Shown: positions 17,519-27,518, counted from the first letter of the stretch. The stretch is 32,000 bases of DNA from Okeania sp. (GCF_035285525.1 NZ_JAYKGW010000123.1:4873-36872), one strand, 5' to 3'. Translations and numbers: made by a program. Notes: generated by a model not told the origin, from the sequence alone.

Positions 17519-19609
17519 TTGCAAAAATTTTTTCAGGGGATTATCTTGTCAACCAAAAAACTTAAACCAAAACATCCTTTTCTCCGCTTGCTTAAGTATG
17601 GAGGTCGTTATCAAACTCAAATTTGGCAAGCCATTATCTGTTCAATTTTAAATAAAATATTCGACCTCGCACCTCCAGTTTTAATCGGTGCAGCAGTAGA
17701 TGTTGTTGTGGAAAAACAAAATTCTCTAATTGCTAAATGGGGAATCAAAGAAATTTTTCAACAACTTTTAGTTTTAACATTTCTCAGTTTAATTGTCTGG
17801 GGATTAGAATCAATTTTTCAATATGCTTATGAACGACTTTGGCGAAATTTAGCTCAGAATATTCAGCATGATTTACGGATAGAAACTTATGGTCATTTAC
17901 AAGATTTAGAATTAGCCTATTTTGAAGAAAACAGTACAGGAAATTTAATGGCTATTTTGAATGATGATATTAATCAATTAGAAAGATTTTTAGATGTGGG
18001 AGCTAATGAAATAATTCAAGTTATAGTCACTGTCATAATTATTGGCAGTGCTTTTTTTATTTTAGCTCCTAGTGTGGCTTGGTGGGCAGTATTACCCATG
18101 CCATTTATTATTTTCGGTTCAATTTGGTTTCAAAAATTTCTGGCTCCTCGTTATGCTGAAGTTCGAGAAACAGTTAGTTTATTAAGTGGGCAATTATCTA
18201 ATAATCTCTCAGGAATTACTACTATAAAAAGTTTCACCGCCGAAAATTATGAAGTAGGAAGAATTACTAAGGAAAGTAATGCTTATAAAGTTAGTAATAG
18301 AAGAGCGATCACTTTTTCTGCTGCTTTTGTACCTCTGATTAGGATTCTCATTTTTATTGGTTTTATCGCAACTTTATTTTTAGGAGGATTACAAGCAGTT
18401 GCTGATAAATTAGCTGTCGGTACTTATAGTGTGATGGTATTTTTAACTCAACGATTATTATGGCCTCTAACTCGTTTAGGACAAACTCTTGATTTATATC
18501 AAAGAAGTATGGCTTCTACGAATCGAGTGATGAATTTATTGGATACTTCAATTACTATTCATCCTGGAGATAAACTTTTAGTTTTTCAGTCAGTTAAGGG
18601 AGATTTAGAATTAGAAAATGTTACTTTTGCCTATCAGGAAGATTTTCCAGTCGTAGAAAATATTTCCCTAAAAATTCCTGCTGGAAAAACTATTGGAATT
18701 GTTGGTTCTACAGGTTCAGGAAAGAGTACAATTGTTAAATTATTACTGAGATTTTATGAAGTTCAATCTGGCAAAATAACTCTGGATGGAATAGAAATAA
18801 ATCAAATTAATTTACAAGATTTACGCCGAGCAATAGGTTTAGTAAGTCAGGATGTATTTCTATTTCATGGAACAGTGGCAGAAAATATTAGTTATGGAAC
18901 TTTTGATGCTAGTTTGTCAGAGATTATTGCAGCAGCTAAAATTGCGGAAGCCGATGATTTTATTAGTAAATTACCTCATGGTTATGATACTATCGTGGGG
19001 GAAAGAGGGCAGAAATTATCAGGGGGTCAAAGACAAAGAATTGCTCTTGCTAGAGCAGTGTTAAAAAATCCTCCTATTTTGATACTTGATGAAGCAACTT
19101 CAGCAGTGGATAATGAAACTGAAGCAGCTATTCAAAAATCTTTAGAAAAAATCACTAAAAATCGAACAACTATTGCTATTGCTCACCGTCTTTCAACTAT
19201 CAGAAATGCTGATTGTATTTATGTAATGGAAAATGGAAAAATAGTAGAATCTGGTCTCCATGAAGAATTAATAGAACAATCAGGAATTTATGCTAATTTA
19301 TGGCGAGTACAATCTGGTGTTAAGGAAGGAAAAAGGAAGAAGGAAGAAGGAAGAAGGAATGAAGAAGAAAGGAAGAAAAAAGAAATAACTATGGAGCTAG
19401 AAATTAAAGAGCAGAATCTAAATGAAGGAAGAAGGAATGAAGAAGTTAAAGAGCAGAATCCAGAAATTAAAGAGCAGAAGGCAGGAGTAAGAAGGCAGAA
19501 GGCAGGATTAAGAAGGCAGAAGGGAGAAGGTAAAGGGCAGAATGCAGCAGTAAGAAAGCGTAGGGCACAAGCAAGAAAGAAGAAGCAAGAAGGAAAAAGT
19601 GAAATATAA
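17519..19609 (+). CDS. ABC exporter (fused permease and ATPase) with a ~95-aa low-complexity Lys/Glu/Arg tail encoded by a heptamer repeat array
   Basis: Six hydrophobic segments, then Walker A GSTGSGKST, signature LSGGQRQR, Walker B ILILDEATSAVD and H-loop IAHRLST. The start is uncertain (TTG 17519 or TTG 17546). The typical family C-terminus (YANLWRVQSG) is at about 19318, and the ORF then runs through purine-only repeats to 19609. Confidence 0.88.
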   Translation: MQKFFQGIILSTKKLKPKHPFLRLLKYGGRYQTQIWQAIICSILNKIFDLAPPVLIGAAVDVVVEKQNSLIAKWGIKEIFQQLLVLTFLSLIVWGLESIFQYAYERLWRNLAQNIQHDLRIETYGHLQDLELAYFEENSTGNLMAILNDDINQLERFLDVGANEIIQVIVTVIIIGSAFFILAPSVAWWAVLPMPFIIFGSIWFQKFLAPRYAEVRETVSLLSGQLSNNLSGITTIKSFTAENYEVGRITKESNAYKVSNRRAITFSAAFVPLIRILIFIGFIATLFLGGLQAVADKLAVGTYSVMVFLTQRLLWPLTRLGQTLDLYQRSMASTNRVMNLLDTSITIHPGDKLLVFQSVKGDLELENVTFAYQEDFPVVENISLKIPAGKTIGIVGSTGSGKSTIVKLLLRFYEVQSGKITLDGIEINQINLQDLRRAIGLVSQDVFLFHGTVAENISYGTFDASLSEIIAAAKIAEADDFISKLPHGYDTIVGERGQKLSGGQRQRIALARAVLKNPPILILDEATSAVDNETEAAIQKSLEKITKNRTTIAIAHRLSTIRNADCIYVMENGKIVESGLHEELIEQSGIYANLWRVQSGVKEGKRKKEEGRRNEEERKKKEITMELEIKEQNLNEGRRNEEVKEQNPEIKEQKAGVRRQKAGLRRQKGEGKGQNAAVRKRRAQARKKKQEGKSEI
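19321..19600. repeat. Degenerate tandem heptamer array (GAAGGAA / AAGGCAG type, about 40 units)
   Basis: gaaggaa gaaggaa gaaggaa ... agagcag aaggcag gagtaag aaggcag aaggcag gattaag aaggcag aagggag. It is almost free of T, and therefore of stop codons. Confidence 0.85.
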
Positions 19610-19640
19610 AAAAAAGGCGTTACTGAAGTAAGGTCTGAAT

Positions 19641-19668
19641 AATTAATAATTAATAATTAATAATTAGG
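19641..19668. repeat. STRR-type tandem heptamer (aattaat x4)
   Basis: Read directly, about 30 nt after the ABC exporter stop. Same unit as the array at the chlM stop. Confidence 0.85.
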
Positions 19669-19910
19669 GTTTGCTGAAAAAGTATTTTAGTAGGGGGGAG
19701 GAGCCAGAATCAAGGAGTAATAAGAATTATAGAAGAGGTATGCTAAAAGAATCATCAAAGTGATAGTTTACCCCTATCTTGCCTCGTAAGTATTCAGCTA
19801 TTAGCTGTCAGCTCAAGCGCAATAAAAACCTCAAGCTTAAGGAGACTACTGAAACGAATATAGACTTAATATCATGTCTGGTTGAATAATTAGACTTTGG
19901 TGAAAGGAAT

Positions 19911-19938
19911 CCAGAATCCAGAAGCCAGAAGCCAGAAG
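19911..19938. repeat. STRR-type tandem heptamer (ccagaat/ccagaag x4)
   Basis: ccagaat ccagaag ccagaag ccagaag read directly. Confidence 0.85.
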
Positions 19939-20327
19939 CTTTTATGAGATTTCTATCTTTATTTTATACACGCTCCGATGCTACCGGACATCATATAAAA
20001 ACTGACTTTTGTAGTAATTTTCGTTCTAAAATGAAAAAGCTTTGATCACAAACTAAAAGCACTTTTCTGATAGCTAATAGCTGACGGCTGAATGCGAGCG
20101 CATTCCGGAGGAAATGCTTACCTTGCCTCTTGCTCAAAATCCTGCAATGCATATTTTTCGGGAACCGTACTGAAATTAGTTAAAATCTGATACTTTATTA
20201 GTATCTGCAAAAGTTGAAACCAATGCCAGTAAAAACTTTAATAAATAATTCAGCCAACCCTAATTACCTCTTTTTCTCTATGAATGGAACTGAATGCTTA
20301 CCAACTCTCTAACTTTAAATAAAAATT

Positions 20328-20771
20328 ATGATGGAATTTGATAATAAACCCTTAAAGAAAAATCAAAATAATTGGCAACATCAATTAGATAAATTTGTGA
20401 GAGCTAATCAAACAGAATTAGCTGCTTTAGCATGGGGGTTAAATTTAGAAAAAGGAGAAACTGATGAAACAATTGGAATTGATTTAAAAGGAACACCAAA
20501 ATTTGTATATTGTTCAAAAGCAGCTATAGAAAAATTCAACCAAAATGTTGATGGTAAAATTCAAGAAATTTTAGGTTTAATAGATAGTTATCAACCAGAA
20601 TTAGAAGTATTAATGATTGCTATTGGTGATAGTCAAATTAAATTAGTTTACTTCCAACCAGAAATATCTCCACCTAATTCTTTTGAACAATTAAATCAGA
20701 ATGTTGATGGTTTATTAGAAACATTAGAAACAAGATTGAACGCATCTATTTTCTTGAACTTAGTGGAGTAG
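20328..20771 (+). CDS. Hypothetical protein
   Basis: 147-aa ORF with an internal duplication of the NQNVDG(K/L) segment. No family recognised. Followed by a terminator-like hairpin. Confidence 0.55.
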   Translation: MMEFDNKPLKKNQNNWQHQLDKFVRANQTELAALAWGLNLEKGETDETIGIDLKGTPKFVYCSKAAIEKFNQNVDGKIQEILGLIDSYQPELEVLMIAIGDSQIKLVYFQPEISPPNSFEQLNQNVDGLLETLETRLNASIFLNLVE

Positions 20772-20782
20772 GATAATAGTAG

Positions 20783-20801
20783 GGGCGAATACCATTCGCC
20801 C
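20783..20801 (+). terminator. Perfect 8-bp hairpin gggcgaat-acc-attcgccc (member of a dispersed hairpin family)
   Basis: Lies 12 nt after the 147-aa ORF stop. A related inverted copy is at about 8483-8507 (ggtgaatggtattcgcccctac). The downstream T-run is weak (ttataaagatttt). Confidence 0.4.
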
Positions 20802-20833
20802 TTATAAAGATTTTGCATACAACATCCATACGA

Positions 20834-20940
20834 GTGCATATCAATATTTACCAAAATACTTTTTTTCTATTGCCTATTGCCTCCATATCTATTGCCTAAA
20901 AGCGACAATTTTTTTGCTTTCTTAATGCATTGATATTTAC
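20834..20940. repeat. Diverged ~110-125-bp element, family D, copy 1
   Basis: Starts gtgcatatcaatatttaccaaaatactttttttct and ends aatgcattgatatttac. Copy 2 is at 21095-21221 (gtgcatctcatatctgccaaaatactttttttct ... catgcattgagatgcac, with clear inverted ends gtgcatctca / tgagatgcac). Confidence 0.55.
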
Positions 20941-21232
20941 CAAAAAATGAGGTATAAAGCCTCCCCTTTTAAAGGGATGAAAAAATATTTAACACGGTTC
21001 CCGAGAAATCAGTATTTCAAGCCTTCGAGTTTAGTCTGAGGTTCACTCTCTACTGATAACTGAAATGACCCCTCCATAGAGAGAAGTAAAGAGAGTGCAT
21101 CTCATATCTGCCAAAATACTTTTTTCTTCCATACATATTCTTTTGAAACCTGTTCCCTGTTCCCGCTTAAGTGTTCCCTAAAACGCTAAGTTTTGGGCTT
21201 TATTCATGCATTGAGATGCACCCAGTAAAGAT

Positions 21233-21269
21233 AATTAGGGCTTGCTGATTAAATATCACTCGCATTGAC
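21233..21269. repeat. 37-nt motif aattagggct(t/a)gctgattaaata...cattgac, also at 428-463
   Basis: Both copies lie about 230-260 nt upstream of a plus-strand gene start (691 and 21529) and end in a -35-like TTGAC(A/C). A shorter match occurs at 19664. Confidence 0.6.
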
Positions 21270-21528
21270 AGATAAATTCACTATTTTAGATAAAATATTC
21301 CACTAATGAACTTAGACTTTTCCCAAAATTAAAAATAAAATCAATTTTTATCAATAGACATCTCCACAAATAGAAAACTCAATCAATTATCGGACAGAAA
21401 TAATCTATTTTTTCCGCCTACTCCCTACTTCCTACTCCCCACTCCCTGGTTCAAAAGATATAGACTTTACAAGTTATGGAGACTAGCTTACAATCAATAA
21501 AAACTTCAACTCCTTAATTTAATTAACT

Positions 21529-23688
21529 ATGTCCAAAAAGAAAAAGAATGGAAGCGAAACTCCTGTAGAAAAAAATCTTAGGGACTCACAATACTACTTT
21601 AATAGAGAATTTAGTTGGTTAGAGTTTAACCGGAGGGTTTTATCTGAAGGTTTAGACTCCCGTACTCCCCTATTAGAACGCTTAAAATTTTTAGGAATTT
21701 TTAGTTCTAATTTAGATGAATATTTCATGGTTAGAGTAGCAGTTTTAAAAAGACAAATAGAAACTCAAGTAAATAAATTGACCCCTGACGGTCAAACTCC
21801 CCAAAAACAACTTGATGGAATTAATCAAAGACTATTACCAATGGTTTCTTTACAACACCAATTCTTTGAGGAAAACTTACGACCAGAATTAGAAAAAAAT
21901 GGCATCTTTATCCTCAATTATATAGACTTAAATAAAGAACAAAAAATATATCTAAAAAACTATTTTGCAGAACATATATTTCCTGTACTGACACCTCTAG
22001 CTATTGATGCTAGTCATCCTTTTCCTTATTTATCTAATCTCAGTTTTAACTTAGCAGTAATTCTGAAAAATCCAGATACTCAAGAAGATTTATTAGCCAG
22101 AATTAAAGTTCCCAAAATATTGCCTCGCTTTTTGCTTTTACCAGAAAAATTACAAGTAAAAGAAAACGCTCAAACTATAAATTGGATGGGAGTTCCTCTC
22201 GAACAAGTTATTGCTCACAATTTGGGTTCTTTGTTTCTGGGTATGGATATTCAAGAGTATCATCTATTTCGGATTACTCGTGATGGTGACTTAGCAGTGC
22301 AAGAAGATGAGGGTGATGACTTACTGTTAGTGATAGAAAAAGAACTCCGAAAACGGCGTATCGGTGGTAATGTAGTCAGAATGGAAATTAATCCCACAAT
22401 GCCACCTAAATTGAAAAAGATATTAATGGAAAAGCTGGAGTTGTCAGAAAAAGATGTCTATACAGTAGATGGATTACTCGATCTTAAAGATTTAATGTCA
22501 TTCTTGGGGTTGCCATTGCCTCATCTAAAAGACCCAATTTGCACATCTGCTATGCCACCACGGTTGCGAAATTACAGTAATGAGATCGCAAATGATGACC
22601 TGAATGAGAAAAATGGAATTGACTTTTTTGAAGTAATTCGTCACAAAGATTTATTGGTACATCATCCATATCATTCTTTTGTGAACACAGTAGAAGGTTT
22701 CATTACTCAAGCAGCATACGATCCTGATGTATTAGCGATTAAGATGACTCTATACCGCACTTCTGGAGATTCGCCTATTATTAATGCTTTGATTGCATCA
22801 GCAGAAAATGGCAAACAAGTAGCAGTATTGGTAGAGTTGAAGGCAAGATTTGATGAAGAAAATAATATTCAATGGGCGCGGAAGTTAGAACAATCTGGGG
22901 TTCATGTGGTCTATGGTTTAGTCGGTCTCAAGACTCATACTAAAATTGTGATGGTGGTGCGTCAGGAGGAAGATAAAATCCGTCGCTATGTTCATATTGG
23001 CACTGGTAACTATAATTCTAAAACGGCTAAATTTTATACTGATTTAGGTTTGTTGAGTTGTCGTTCCGAGTTGGGAGCAGATTTAGCAGATTTGTTTAAT
23101 TTCTTGACGGGGTATTCTCGGCAGAAGTCTTATCGGAAGTTATTGATTGCACCTGTGAATATGCGCGATCGCTTTATCCAAGTAATTCGTCGGGAAATTG
23201 AGAATTGCAAAAATGGTAATACTGGTCGTATCGTGGCCAAGATGAATTCTTTGGTAGACCAGGAAATTATTGCTAATTTGTATGCAGCATCTCAAGCAGG
23301 GGTGAAAATTGATTTGATTATCCGTGGTATTTGTTGTTTGCGTCCGGGTTTGAAGGATATTAGTGAAAATATTAAGGTGATAAGTATTATCGGCCGTTAT
23401 TTAGAACATTCTCGGATTTTCTATTTCTACAATAATGGTAAGGAGGAGGTGTATATTGGTTCTGCTGACTGGATGCCTCGTAATCTTAATCGTCGGGTTG
23501 AAGCTATTACACCTGTGGAAGATCCGGATATTGTGAAAGAGTTGCAAGAGATTATGGGAATTTTGTTATCTGACAACCGCCAAGCTTGGGATTTGCAAGC
23601 GGACGGTCAGTATATTCAGCGTCGTCCTAGCGATCATTCTCCAGAACTTGCTTGTCATCGAATTTTGATGGAAAGTGTAAATCATTGA
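21529..23688 (+). CDS. ppk: Polyphosphate kinase 1
   Basis: 719 aa. N-terminal YYFNREFSWLEFNRRVL, a GLKTHTKI histidine context, and C-terminal PLD-like repeats (YVHIGTGNYN; GSADWMPRNLNRRVE). Confidence 0.93.
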   Translation: MSKKKKNGSETPVEKNLRDSQYYFNREFSWLEFNRRVLSEGLDSRTPLLERLKFLGIFSSNLDEYFMVRVAVLKRQIETQVNKLTPDGQTPQKQLDGINQRLLPMVSLQHQFFEENLRPELEKNGIFILNYIDLNKEQKIYLKNYFAEHIFPVLTPLAIDASHPFPYLSNLSFNLAVILKNPDTQEDLLARIKVPKILPRFLLLPEKLQVKENAQTINWMGVPLEQVIAHNLGSLFLGMDIQEYHLFRITRDGDLAVQEDEGDDLLLVIEKELRKRRIGGNVVRMEINPTMPPKLKKILMEKLELSEKDVYTVDGLLDLKDLMSFLGLPLPHLKDPICTSAMPPRLRNYSNEIANDDLNEKNGIDFFEVIRHKDLLVHHPYHSFVNTVEGFITQAAYDPDVLAIKMTLYRTSGDSPIINALIASAENGKQVAVLVELKARFDEENNIQWARKLEQSGVHVVYGLVGLKTHTKIVMVVRQEEDKIRRYVHIGTGNYNSKTAKFYTDLGLLSCRSELGADLADLFNFLTGYSRQKSYRKLLIAPVNMRDRFIQVIRREIENCKNGNTGRIVAKMNSLVDQEIIANLYAASQAGVKIDLIIRGICCLRPGLKDISENIKVISIIGRYLEHSRIFYFYNNGKEEVYIGSADWMPRNLNRRVEAITPVEDPDIVKELQEIMGILLSDNRQAWDLQADGQYIQRRPSDHSPELACHRILMESVNH

Positions 23689-23691
23689 AAT

Positions 23692-23718
23692 AGGGAGTAG
23701 GGAGTAGGGAGTAGGAGG
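23692..23718. repeat. STRR-type tandem heptamer (agggagt x3 plus a partial unit)
   Basis: Starts 3 nt after the ppk stop codon (23686-23688). Confidence 0.85.
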
Positions 23719-23834
23719 AAAATAGTCACGGGAAGCGATCGCTACTGGTGAGGGAGAAACCGGGTTTCTGAGTCAGGGAAAGAATTTACTATACTCATGC
23801 TATACTCAAATTTATCAAAAAAAGGTGATTGACA

Positions 23835-24050
23835 ATGGTTAAAAAAATTGCCGTATTCAACCATAAAGCAGGAGTTGGTAAAACCACAACTGCATTTAAT
23901 TTAGGCTGGATGTTGACTGAAAAGGGTAAAACAGTGATCCTTGCTCATACCGATCCACAGTGCAATCTAACTGGAATAATTTTAGGGGAGGGAACAGAGT
24001 ATAACGAAAGTAGAATAGAAGCAATTTACAAGATAGGTTCAAAATTATAG
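23835..24050 (+). pseudogene. N-terminal stub of a ParA/Soj-type P-loop ATPase (about 70 codons of an expected 250 or more), with degraded motifs
   Basis: MVKKIAVFNHKAGVGKTTTAFNLGWMLTEKGKTVILAHTDPQCNLTG. The deviant Walker A reads KAGVGKT instead of KGGVGKT, and the expected (V)D(A)DPQ reads AHTDPQ. The ORF stops after 71 residues. An AAAGGTGA ribosome-binding site precedes ATG 23835. Confidence 0.6.
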
Positions 24051-24400
24051 TGAATAAGATGAATAGTAATTCTTGGCTTGAGGATGAAATTAGAAAAAGT
24101 CTTGGATATAAAAGTTTTCAGCGACTAGATAAAATAGCTGATGCAATCAGACTTATTTCAGATCAAAAATTATGGGATGAAGTTGGCGCTCAAATGGGTA
24201 AACCTAAGCCAGAAGATATCAAACAAATCAAAGAACAGCTTAGTTGGATAGTAGATCGTAGAGATCAAATAGCCCACGAAGTTGATATAGAGCCTGACTA
24301 TTATAATAAAGGAGAGCGTTTGCCTATAGATGAAAATATGGTTAATGATACAGTAGATTTTATTGACCAGGTTGTTAATAGTATTCATCAGGTTTTATAA
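24050..24400 (+). CDS. Small alpha-helical protein with an Rx4H motif (HEPN-like)
   Basis: 116 aa (GTG 24050, or ATG 24059). The VDRRDQIAHEVD segment gives R-D-Q-I-A-H, the R(N/D)xxAH form of the HEPN Rx4-6H motif, placed in the C-terminal half of a ~110-aa helical-looking protein. The GTG start shares its G with the TAG stop of the ParA stub. Confidence 0.5.
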   Translation: MNKMNSNSWLEDEIRKSLGYKSFQRLDKIADAIRLISDQKLWDEVGAQMGKPKPEDIKQIKEQLSWIVDRRDQIAHEVDIEPDYYNKGERLPIDENMVNDTVDFIDQVVNSIHQVL

Positions 24401-24599
24401 GCCTAAAGTTGGGAAGCGATCGCCTCCCAACTACTCCCCAAATAACTTCCCTACCGAAACTTCCAGTCTAATGATATTCGGCAACTGTACACTTGGCAAT
24501 GGTCATAGTCATAGCGATAGCGATCTCTCCTTTGATTTGATAGTTTTATGTGATAGCAGTTTTTAGGTCAATGAACCACATAGAAAAAATGATAACTCA

Positions 24600-24678
24600 G
24601 TAGGGACGTTTCGCTGCACGACATGTTTGCGGATCATTCCGGAACGGAAAACGCATTTTTGTTATGCAACGTCCCTAC
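24600..24678. mobile_element. MITE-like element, family B, copy 2
   Basis: gtagggacgtttcgctgcacgacatgtttgcggatcattccggaacggaaaacgcatttttgttatgcaacgtccctac, nearly identical to 8398-8477. Confidence 0.85.
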
Positions 24679-24817
24679 AGTTTTTTTTCACAATTCATTT
24701 AGGATTGCTATTATAAACTGCATAAATATTTGTTATAAATTATAGCAGTAAAGAATATTATTTCTCAGCCTAAAATTGGTTTTTTTCTATTCCCTATTCC
24801 CTTAACTAATAACTGAA

Positions 24818-25081
24818 ATGACTACTAGAAAATGTCCTAAATGTGAAACTAAATTTAAACTTCCTGACCTATCTTTTCCTTTCATATTGCCACCAACAGA
24901 TCATGATTATGAATGGGTAGACAGTAGTGAAACACTTACTTGTCCTCATTGTAATTCTATTCTAATAGTATGGGCTAGGCAATATATTTATGAAGACAAA
25001 ATAGAAATTGGTGAATTAAAATTATTAAAAGATGGAAAGGAAAATAAAAAGAAGAAAAAAAAAGGAAATAATAAGGGTTAG
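24818..25081 (+). CDS. Small zinc-ribbon protein with a poly-Lys tail
   Basis: 87 aa. CPKC...(32 residues)...CPHC pairs, and a C-terminal KENKKKKKKGNNKG. The ATG lies within the recurrent aactaataactgaaATGACT module. Confidence 0.45.
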   Translation: MTTRKCPKCETKFKLPDLSFPFILPPTDHDYEWVDSSETLTCPHCNSILIVWARQYIYEDKIEIGELKLLKDGKENKKKKKKGNNKG

Positions 25082-25294
25082 AGAAGAATTTGAAAAACTT
25101 TCTTTTAATAACTGAATTTGATATAAATGGAAATTATTAATAAAAAAATAATTGATTTTATTGATGAATAGAGTTATAGTAATTATAAATGAATTGGTGA
25201 CAAAAAACTGTAGGAGTTTGGTCTCCAAACCCTCTATCATTAATGGGATTTGGAAACCAAGCCCCTAGGATAAAATCTTCAAAGATTATATAAA

Positions 25295-25394
25295 ATCCGG
25301 TTGAAAAGTCGTCCCTATCGACGACAGGAAGCAATCTCAGGTGTTGAAGAGATTGCTACTTTCTACTCCGTTCCAGTCCCTGGGAACTTGGGTA
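25295..25394. repeat. Dispersed element, family F, copy 2
   Basis: atccggttgaaaagtcgtccctatcgacgacaggaagcaatctcaggtgttgaagagattgctact...cagtccctgggaacttgggta, collinear with 10101-10194. Confidence 0.8.
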
Positions 25395-25451
25395 TATTAA
25401 TTATGGGGATTTTATATTACTTAAAAATTTTCAATTTTGACTTAAAAAATA

Positions 25452-26852
25452 ATGTCTAATCCTTTTCTTTCTCTCAATTATGAACCTGCTATTCAAACTT
25501 TAGGTAATGACTATTATGATGAAGTTCTTGCTGCTGAATTTCCCGAACATATTTTGCGATTTCGTAATGATAAATTACTCCCGAAAATAGGACTAAATTA
25601 TCAAGATATTAAAGATGAACATTTTATTGAAGCTTTTGGTAAATTTCATTGTGTCGGACCTTTTTTAGCTCTACGTTATCATGGTTATCAATTTGGTACA
25701 TATAATCCTAATTTAGGAGATGGTAGGGGTTTTCTTTATGGGCAAGTCCGAGGAATAGATGGTGAATTATATGATTTTGGGACTAAGGGTTCCGGTAGAA
25801 CTCCTTATTCTCGGACTGCTGATGGTAAACTTACTCTTAAAGGTGGAGTCCGGGAGGTTTTAGCTGCGGAAATGTTGCACCGTCATGGGGTTCGGACTTC
25901 CCGATGTCTGAGTTTGATTGAAACTGGGGAGGGATTATGGCGTGGGGATGAACCTTCTCCTACTCGCTCGTCAGTGATGGTGCGTTTTAGTCGTTCTCAT
26001 ATCCGGTTTGGTACTTTTGAAAGGTTGCATTTTTTTAAGCGTTCCGATTTAACGAAAAAGTTATTAGACCATGTAATTGATTGTTATTATCCTCATCTGA
26101 AAGAAGAGAATAATTGCTATTTTTTATTCTATTTGGAGTTGATAGAAAGAGTTGCTAAATTAGCAGCTCAATGGATGACTGCGGGATTTTGTCATGCTGT
26201 ATTAAATACAGATAATATGTCAATTACCGGGGAAAGTTTTGATTACGGTCCTTATGCTTTTATTCCCACTTATGATCCTAATTTTACAGCAGCTTACTTT
26301 GATTATTCTGGTCTTTATCGTTACAGTCATCAGCCATTAGTTTGTAAATCAAATTTATATCTACTTCAAGAACCATTAGCAGCAATTATTGAGCGGGAGA
26401 AAATGAGAACTGCTTTAGACAAATTTGATAATCTTTATCTACAAGAATATCGGCAATTAATGATGAAAAGATTAGGGTTTGAACAGTTGTCAGAAGTAGA
26501 TGCAGAAAAGTTACTTCAGCTAACCATAAAAATGCTGAAAGATTCTCAGGTTGGATACCACGATTTCTTTTTAAAATTGAGACAAAAATTTTCTCCTCAA
26601 TGGCGTGATGATATTAATCAAATTTTGGCTAATTTTGAACAGCCCGAATTAATCGAGCCGTGGCGACAATATTATTATCATCTTTTGCAGAATTATTCAG
26701 ATAATGAATTAAAAGAAATGGGAAAAATATTACAAAAATATAATCCGCAACAAAGTTTAATTAGACCTATAATTGAATCAGTTTGGGAACCAATTATGCA
26801 AGAGGATAATTGGCAACCATTTTATGATTTATTAGAGCGAATATATGATTAA
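25452..26852 (+). CDS. selO: Protein adenylyltransferase SelO (YdiU/UPF0061 family)
   Basis: 466 aa. [58 protein letters not shown] and [23 protein letters not shown]. Confidence 0.9.
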   Translation: MSNPFLSLNYEPAIQTLGNDYYDEVLAAEFPEHILRFRNDKLLPKIGLNYQDIKDEHFIEAFGKFHCVGPFLALRYHGYQFGTYNPNLGDGRGFLYGQVRGIDGELYDFGTKGSGRTPYSRTADGKLTLKGGVREVLAAEMLHRHGVRTSRCLSLIETGEGLWRGDEPSPTRSSVMVRFSRSHIRFGTFERLHFFKRSDLTKKLLDHVIDCYYPHLKEENNCYFLFYLELIERVAKLAAQWMTAGFCHAVLNTDNMSITGESFDYGPYAFIPTYDPNFTAAYFDYSGLYRYSHQPLVCKSNLYLLQEPLAAIIEREKMRTALDKFDNLYLQEYRQLMMKRLGFEQLSEVDAEKLLQLTIKMLKDSQVGYHDFFLKLRQKFSPQWRDDINQILANFEQPELIEPWRQYYYHLLQNYSDNELKEMGKILQKYNPQQSLIRPIIESVWEPIMQEDNWQPFYDLLERIYD

Positions 26853-26865
26853 AGAAAGAGAAGTT

Positions 26866-26951
26866 ACAGCAGATTCCATATTGCTGAGGTATACCCACAC
26901 AAACTTTCCGGCTCCCACTGAAAGGATTTAATTATTAAATCTGTACTTCTT
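26866..26951. repeat. 86-nt dispersed element, family C, copy 2
   Basis: acagcagattccatattgctgaggtatacccacacaaactttccggctcccactgaaaggatttaattattaaatctgtacttctt. Starts 13 nt after the selO stop. Confidence 0.85.
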
Positions 26952-27054
26952 ATGCTTGAAATCTCCTGTATCAGAACTAAAGCCATGAACGCTATTGGTA
27001 GTGCATTGTTTCACCTTAAATGGTGCAATAGCTGTAGGTTACAAAAATGTTTCT

Positions 27055-27086
27055 CCCCTACTCCCCTACTCCCCTACTCCCCTATT
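27055..27086. repeat. Tandem octamer (cccctact x4)
   Basis: Read directly. Flanked by an inverted pair gcattgtttcaccttaaatggtgca / tgcaccattttagatgaaacagt. Confidence 0.85.
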
Positions 27087-27118
27087 TCCTAATGCACCAT
27101 TTTAGATGAAACAGTCCA

Positions 27119-27192
27119 GTAGGGTGTGTTTCGCTAGGGGAGATGGAAAGCGGAGCATTCCCTATACGAAAAAGCGTGCTTAGTAACGCACC
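27119..27192. mobile_element. Family B-related MITE variant
   Basis: gtagggtgtgtttcgctaggggagatggaaagcggagcattccctatacgaaaaagcgtgcttagtaacgcacc. Shares the ggaaagcggagcattcc core, with termini ggtgtgtt / aacgcacc. Confidence 0.65.
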
Positions 27193-27321
27193 AACAGTCT
27201 AGATCTCTTCAGAAAAGACGAAGCAGGGAGCAGGTAGAAAGAATTGATAACTTCTGTACGATAATTGATTTTACTTTTTATTATTGGAGATGTCTTTTAA
27301 GGACGTTGTATGCAAAGTCTT

Positions 27322-27491
27322 CTATAGAACCCCTAACCCTATCTTTACAAAGGTGTGTTTTTTTGCCTAAAGAATTAATTCAGGAGTGAGAGAAATAGAA
27401 TAGGGAAAAATCTAGAATTAGAGCCTTATATTCACCATCTCCCCATCTCCCCAACTAATTTTAGAGACGCGTTTAGGGGTTATATATATAG
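27322..27491. mobile_element. MITE, family G (ctatagaacccctaacc ... ttaggggttatatatatag), copy 1
   Basis: Has terminal inverted repeats. The reverse complement of its interior (ctaaaattagttggggagatgg...) is collinear with copy 2 at 28666-28846. Confidence 0.8.
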
Positions 27492-27518
27492 TGCCTTATT
27501 GTTATGTTCTTGTGCTAA

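Noticed and set aside
24170-24566. 72-aa antisense ORF and 67-aa ORF overlapping or following the HEPN-like gene
   Set aside because: The first is an AT-rich, Ile/Asn/Phe-rich shadow of the plus-strand gene. The second crosses a HIP1-centred hairpin and simple repeats and has no start context.
25025-25240. 71-aa minus-strand ORF
   Set aside because: It is translated from extremely AT-rich spacer and the poly-A tract of the zinc-ribbon gene, and gives a low-complexity Phe/Ile/Leu product.
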